Source: Squalus acanthias | Lineage: Eukaryota | Assembly (NCBI GenBank): GCA_030390025.1 | Contig: CM059432.1 | Span: 78,184,001 to 78,248,000, forward strand | Reading direction: 5' to 3' | DNA: 64,000 bases | Shown: positions 59,261 through 64,000 of the stretch, piece after piece | Numbering within the stretch: position 1 is the first letter of the stretch | Layout of the letters: the number at the start of each line of letters is the position of its first letter | Notes under the pieces: model-generated | Database searches by the model: none | Told to the model about the DNA's origin: nothing | The model's input: the letters and a program-made list of their open reading frames with translations, nothing else | Made by a program: the position numbers and the translations under genes

Positions 59261-60722
59261 GAGATTCACTATTCTCATATAGGTTCAAAAGGTATACAGT
59301 GTCTTGCCTAACCTGAATATATCACTTAGCTCAATTCTTTCCTATGTAAAACAATTCTGTGTTCTGTTAAAATTTTAAATGACTCGGGAATTACCACAGG
59401 GGCTCTTACACTCTCCTGCCATAACTTCGGCAGAAGATCGACAGAAACCCTGGTGAAAGGTTGGGTGGGAGGGCGGGGGAGAGACGGTTTTCATTATAAA
59501 TGGGCATTGGGCAGGTGGTGGGTGGATCAATCGAATTGCAGGCCTGATGACCTCGGCAGAGGCCCGAGCCATTTTGATGGTCGGGTCACATTTGCATCTG
59601 TTTTGCGAGCGGCAAGTGCCAAGGCAGCTCACGATCAGGGTAGGGCGGGTGCAGGAATTCCATCAAATCCTCTGCAAAGTCGAGTCGAACATTGGAGCTT
59701 GGAGGGAGAGGCAATCATGGGAGGAGGGGTTCAAAGGGAATGGTATGGAATGGGAAGATTTTTGTGAGGCCAGGAGGATCATTCATGCTGCCCCTGACCC
59801 CACAATCGTTCTTTGTGCAGCCTGCAGCGCCCCTTTAAGGACTGCTCAGCCTAATACCAATGGGCAGAGTGTGCGCCTCACACATTCCACCCATTGGTGC
59901 CTGAAAATTGCATTGGGGTCCTACATACATCATACTTTAATGAGATGCCTGCCTCAAACAGGCGCGCTCTGGCTGCCCATTTCCATGACCAATTGAGAAT
60001 GGCAGCAAGCGGATCACGATCCAGAATGGGGCGGTAAGTTTAGCGCTGCAATTTTCAGAGCACAACCACCACCCCATTCCTTCCGCCGGAGACATTGAAA
60101 ATCATCCCGTGTAAATGACCATTTATGCTGTTTGTCTGGGGGTTTCCCCCAAACTTACAGTGGGACATTGGGAGAATTCCCATGGAAATTCTACTCCCTG
60201 ATTTTTTTCCCTCCTTCCACCATGGATGGCAGGGCTGAGATCAGAAAATCACTGTGTAGGGAACTATGGTAATGAACCTGCACCCAACCACTCTGGCACA
60301 TTACGTGGGAGTGCCGATGTCCTGCACCATTGTGCAATTTGACATATTTTAAATATTTTATAATCTCCCCAGTATTGGAAGGGAAAACTGTAATACACAT
60401 TGGGGCAGTTTGCATTGCACGCAAAACTGAGCTCAGAACTTTCTTGTGTAAACCGGGCACTTGTAGAGCAGAACAGGGCTGAGGAAATTCACCCTACTGG
60501 TCTTGTTTTACACTTCCAGTTACACAGAAGAGAAATAGAAGTTCAAAATGTTCACCCAAAAATTGGCCTTTTTTTCCCTTGACTCCTTGTGCTGCATTTT
60601 CTTATTTTACTATAAAATTTGTGAGAATACAACAAAACATACAACCTGGATTTATAGTTACATTGAGATAACATTGCACAAATGATTATCTCTTTCTAAC
60701 TCCTTCAGTCCCCCCCCCTTAA

Positions 60723-61155
60723 ATTACATTGAGTTACATCGAGTCTACATTGAGTTACATCGAGTCTACATTGAGTCTACAGCACAGAAACAAGCTCTGC
60801 TCGTGTTTATGCTCCAGACAAACCTTCTCCCACCCCTCTTCATCTAACCCTATCAGCATAACCTTCTATTCCTTTCTCCCTCGTGCTTATCTAGCTTCTT
60901 CTTAAATGCATCTGTGCTATTCACCTCAACTACTCCTTGTGGTAGCGCGTTCCATATTCTAACCACTCTTTGGGTAAAGAAATTTCTCCTGAATTCCCTA
61001 TTGGATTTAGTAGTGACTATCTTATATTTCTGACCTCTACTTTTGGACTCTCCCACTAGTGGAAACATTTTCTCTATATCTACCCTATCAGGCCCTTTCA
61101 TTATCTTAAAGACCTCTATCAGGTCATCCCCCAGCCTTCTCTTTACTAGAGAAAC
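60723..61155 (-). mobile_element. CR1 3' fragment with expanded tandem tail
   Basis: RRNFFTQRVVRIWNALP; (TACAT(T/C)GAGT(C))n tail. Confidence 0.85.
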
Positions 61156-61929
61156 GTTGGGCTACATATTCCAGCTGGAAGACGGTAACCAGGAATGGTC
61201 ACCAGCAACAGTGACATGACTTCATCCCTCTTTTACATTTTAATTATTGCTAAAACCTAAGAGGTCCTTCAATGTACTTTATGTACTAATTGTGAAGATT
61301 AGTGACAAGTAACAGTTTGCCTTTGCCAATCATAAAAATTTAGGAGGAAAAATTAGTTTGCACCCAAAAACGGGCCCTGTGCCTGAATGGCTAGGCCCGA
61401 AGCGCACCTCGTATTGGGCCTCGGGCCTCATTATCATTGAACCAGTGATCTGTGGACACCTAATAAGTGCCTCAGGCAGCTCGCCAAAGAAGAGGCCTCA
61501 AAGATCTGGCCACTGTGTCGCCGGCAGGAACCCTCAGTTAAGTCTATAAAGGGGACCGTGAGAGGTGTTGGCTTGTTTGCCGCCTGTTTAAGGTGTGAGC
61601 CCTGGATCCCTATTTTTCTGCCTATACCAATAAGGTGGGCGGCATACTGCTGACTCGTAATGAGCATGCACTTTCTGCTTGCCATGCTGGAGGCTTAGGT
61701 TCCCATTAAGCTCCTGAAAAATGGGTGAGGCTCCATCGAATTTCTAGGACCTAAGCTTTACACTTTCATTAGCAAGGGACCATATTTTCCACCGTTCAAA
61801 AAAAACCATACAAAATGTACGTTTGAATTTTTTTTTTGAGAATGCAGTTTTGTTATCGACGATGAAAGGTATAAGCCAATCATGAGGGATCTGCAGCAAT
61901 GATCTTTTTATGTGGATCCCTACAACCTG

Positions 61930-62585
61930 TGTATCATCCCATATCTAGCCTCTCTTTCCTCCTTGAAGTTCCTTCAGCATGTCATTGCCTCCCAGCTCCA
62001 TGCCCATCTCTCCCAAAACTCCTGTTTGAATCCCTCCAGTCCAATGTCCACCTATGTTGCAGCGCTAAGACTGTATTGGCCAAATTCACGAAATACATCC
62101 TTTGTGACTGTGACCTTGGTGCATTATCATCCTTGACCTCTACACATGTTGATTGGGCTGTCCTCCACCACTGCCGGTTCTCTCCTCTATTATCCAGCTC
62201 TAGGGAACTGCTCTTGCATGGTTCCACTCCTACTTATCCAAGACAGCCAGAGCATCACCTGCAATGGTTGTTCTTGCTTTCCGTGCACCATCACCTCCAG
62301 AGACTCCCAAATATCTATCCTTGGCTCCCTTCATTTCTTCATCTACATGCTGCCCCTCTCGGACATTATCCACAAGCATGTGGTTAGCTTTCATATGTAT
62401 GCTGACAATACTCAGCCTTACCTCTCCACTACTTCTTTCAACCCCATGACCACCTCACTACTGTTGGACTGCCTATCTGACATCAAGTCATGGATGAGTC
62501 ATAACTTTCTTTGGCTGAACATTGGAAAGACTGAAGCCATCATTCTTCGTGTCCGCTACAAACTCTGCTCCTTTACCACAGACTG
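61930..62585 (+). mobile_element. Decayed L2 RT fragment
   Basis: SILGSLHFFIYMLPLSDII..FHMYADNTQ..CLSDIKSWMSHNFL.LNIGKTE. Confidence 0.85.
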
Positions 62586-63297
62586 CAAGATGGAAACCAG
62601 TCTGAAGGATTTGAACAGTGAGTGGTTGTACAGCAGTTTTGTAACTTATAGAAAACTAAAGACCTGGGACTTGTATTTTGTAAACAATGAGCTTTGTGGC
62701 TAAATTAGCATATCCTACATTTTTATGGGCCAATTATATGCAAATTCTGTGCACCTGCTGGAATACCAAACTTTTTGTTTGTTAAACCAGGTGAAGGGTT
62801 ATTTAATTACTTGAGAAGTGGAAAAGGAGCATTATTACTGCTGTGTCATTGTCCAATCTTTTGTTCAAATGGATTACAAATTTGACCAAAATAAAATGCC
62901 AACCATCCACCATTTGATTGCAAAACTATTGTCATCAACACTTTTTTGAGAAAAAGAGAGAAATGTATGCCCCTTAATGATTCTGATTCTGTTAGTATTA
63001 AAGTAACTTATCTTCATGCCACCTATGTGTGCAGTGAGGTGTAGTCCGGGGCAGACTGGCTCCCCTTTAAGGGAACAGGATACTTTGGGATTCTCACAGG
63101 AAAAGGGGAGCCCTATTTCCCATATGGTCAGTCCACCCTGGGTGTAGTGTAGCTACACACTTGAGCCTGGAAGACTAAGGTAAGACAAAGCCTATCTGAC
63201 GTGTTTTTTAAAAAGAGAACCCAATGCCTTGAATGACCAATGAAGCAGGAAACTGGAGGTTCGCACAGGAATGGCCATGCACAACACGGGCAATCAC

Positions 63298-63522
63298 AAG
63301 AACATAAGAAATAGGAGCAGGTGTAGGCCATACGGCCTCTCGAGCCTGCTCTGCCATTCAATAAGATCATGGCTGATCTTCTACCTTAACTCCACTTTCC
63401 TGCCCTTTCCCCATATCCCTTGATTCCCATAGTGCCCAAAAATCTATCGATTTCAGTCTTGAATATACTTAACAACTGAGCATCCACAGCCCTCTGGGGC
63501 AGAGAATTCCAAAGATTCACAA
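63298..63522 (-). mobile_element. CR1 3' end
   Basis: [12 protein letters not shown]...GIKGYGERAGKW and the CR1 tail. Confidence 0.9.
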
Positions 63523-63675
63523 AGCCCGTTGTGCACCCTTCCAACCACCAGAGCGCGGCCAGTGGAAAATCCAGCCCATAACTCTCAGTCCGAGAGCTCA
63601 ATAGCACAGCAGCCCCAACTAAATTATATATTCACTTCTGATTGCTTGCTTTTGTCTGATTTGCATTTTACCCAG

Positions 63676-63847
63676 GGCCTTTTTGTGTTCTGTGGGCTGA
63701 TCACTGGCTGTTACTTCTGTTGCTGCCTCTGCTGCTGCTGTAACTGTTGCTTTGGTAAATGCAAACCCAAGTCCCCAGGAGAAGAATACGAATACTACGT
63801 CTCACCAGAGGACCTGGAAGAACAAATCCGCACGGACATGGAGAATG
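63676..63847 (+). CDS. DNAJC5B: Cysteine string protein coding exon 3 (cysteine string); final exon lies beyond the window
   Basis: [29 protein letters not shown]...[22 protein letters not shown] acceptor; GTAAGT donor at 63848; 172 nt. Confidence 0.95.
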
Positions 63848-64000
63848 GTAAGTGCTAAAGGGAAGGTACCTGTTCTCCTTCAGCTTGAGCCTTACACGGA
63901 CAAGAAGCATCGGGTTAGTCCTGCGAGTGCTCAATTGACCAGAAAATTTGTAAAATTTTGGCCCTGATATTCTTCTTCCTAGAGCCTGGAGAATGTTCAG

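Noticed and set aside
59390..61750. Further decayed MITE-like stretches (59390-60110, 61340-61750; also ~15000-15400, 20090-20400, 21050-21620)
   Set aside because: They resemble Harbinger-like derivatives, but I could not define TIRs or TSDs by eye.
63848..63967. VPVLLQ peptide resembling the last exon of DNAJC5B
   Set aside because: It is out of frame with exon 3, lies directly after a strong donor with no room for an intron, and the match is too short.

Overview
This is eukaryotic, repeat-rich vertebrate DNA. The mix of CR1/L2 LINEs, Deu-domain tRNA SINEs, an LF-SINE-like element and Harbinger derivatives suggests a cartilaginous fish (inference). The only host gene I can support is a cysteine string protein gene, most like DNAJC5B, on the + strand. 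It has three coding exons (39392-39498, 54115-54328, 63676-63847) and the last exon lies beyond the window. Bases 1-15.3 kb hold a cluster of L1/Tx1-clade non-LTR retrotransposons: copy A (+, cut by a 10-N gap), copy B (-), copy C (+, intact 1299-aa ORF2) and a 5'-truncated copy with a 15-bp TSD. Comparing the copies shows conserved non-coding features: a structured 5' leader, a 16-bp pairing that loops out the ORF1 AUG, a Met-Leu-Leu-X mini-ORF whose UGA overlaps the ORF2 AUG, and a 3' end with no poly(A) that stops at AAAAGAG. Copy C ends directly against a 154-bp palindrome of two inverted Penelope-type minimal hammerhead ribozyme motifs. The rest holds a CpG-rich promoter-like patch next to a G-rich minisatellite, a CTCF site, a Harbinger transposase fossil, a spliced Harbinger Myb/SANT gene with one premature stop, several MITEs and nested LINE insertions. 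Boundaries of decayed repeats are approximate. No searches or folding programs were run.
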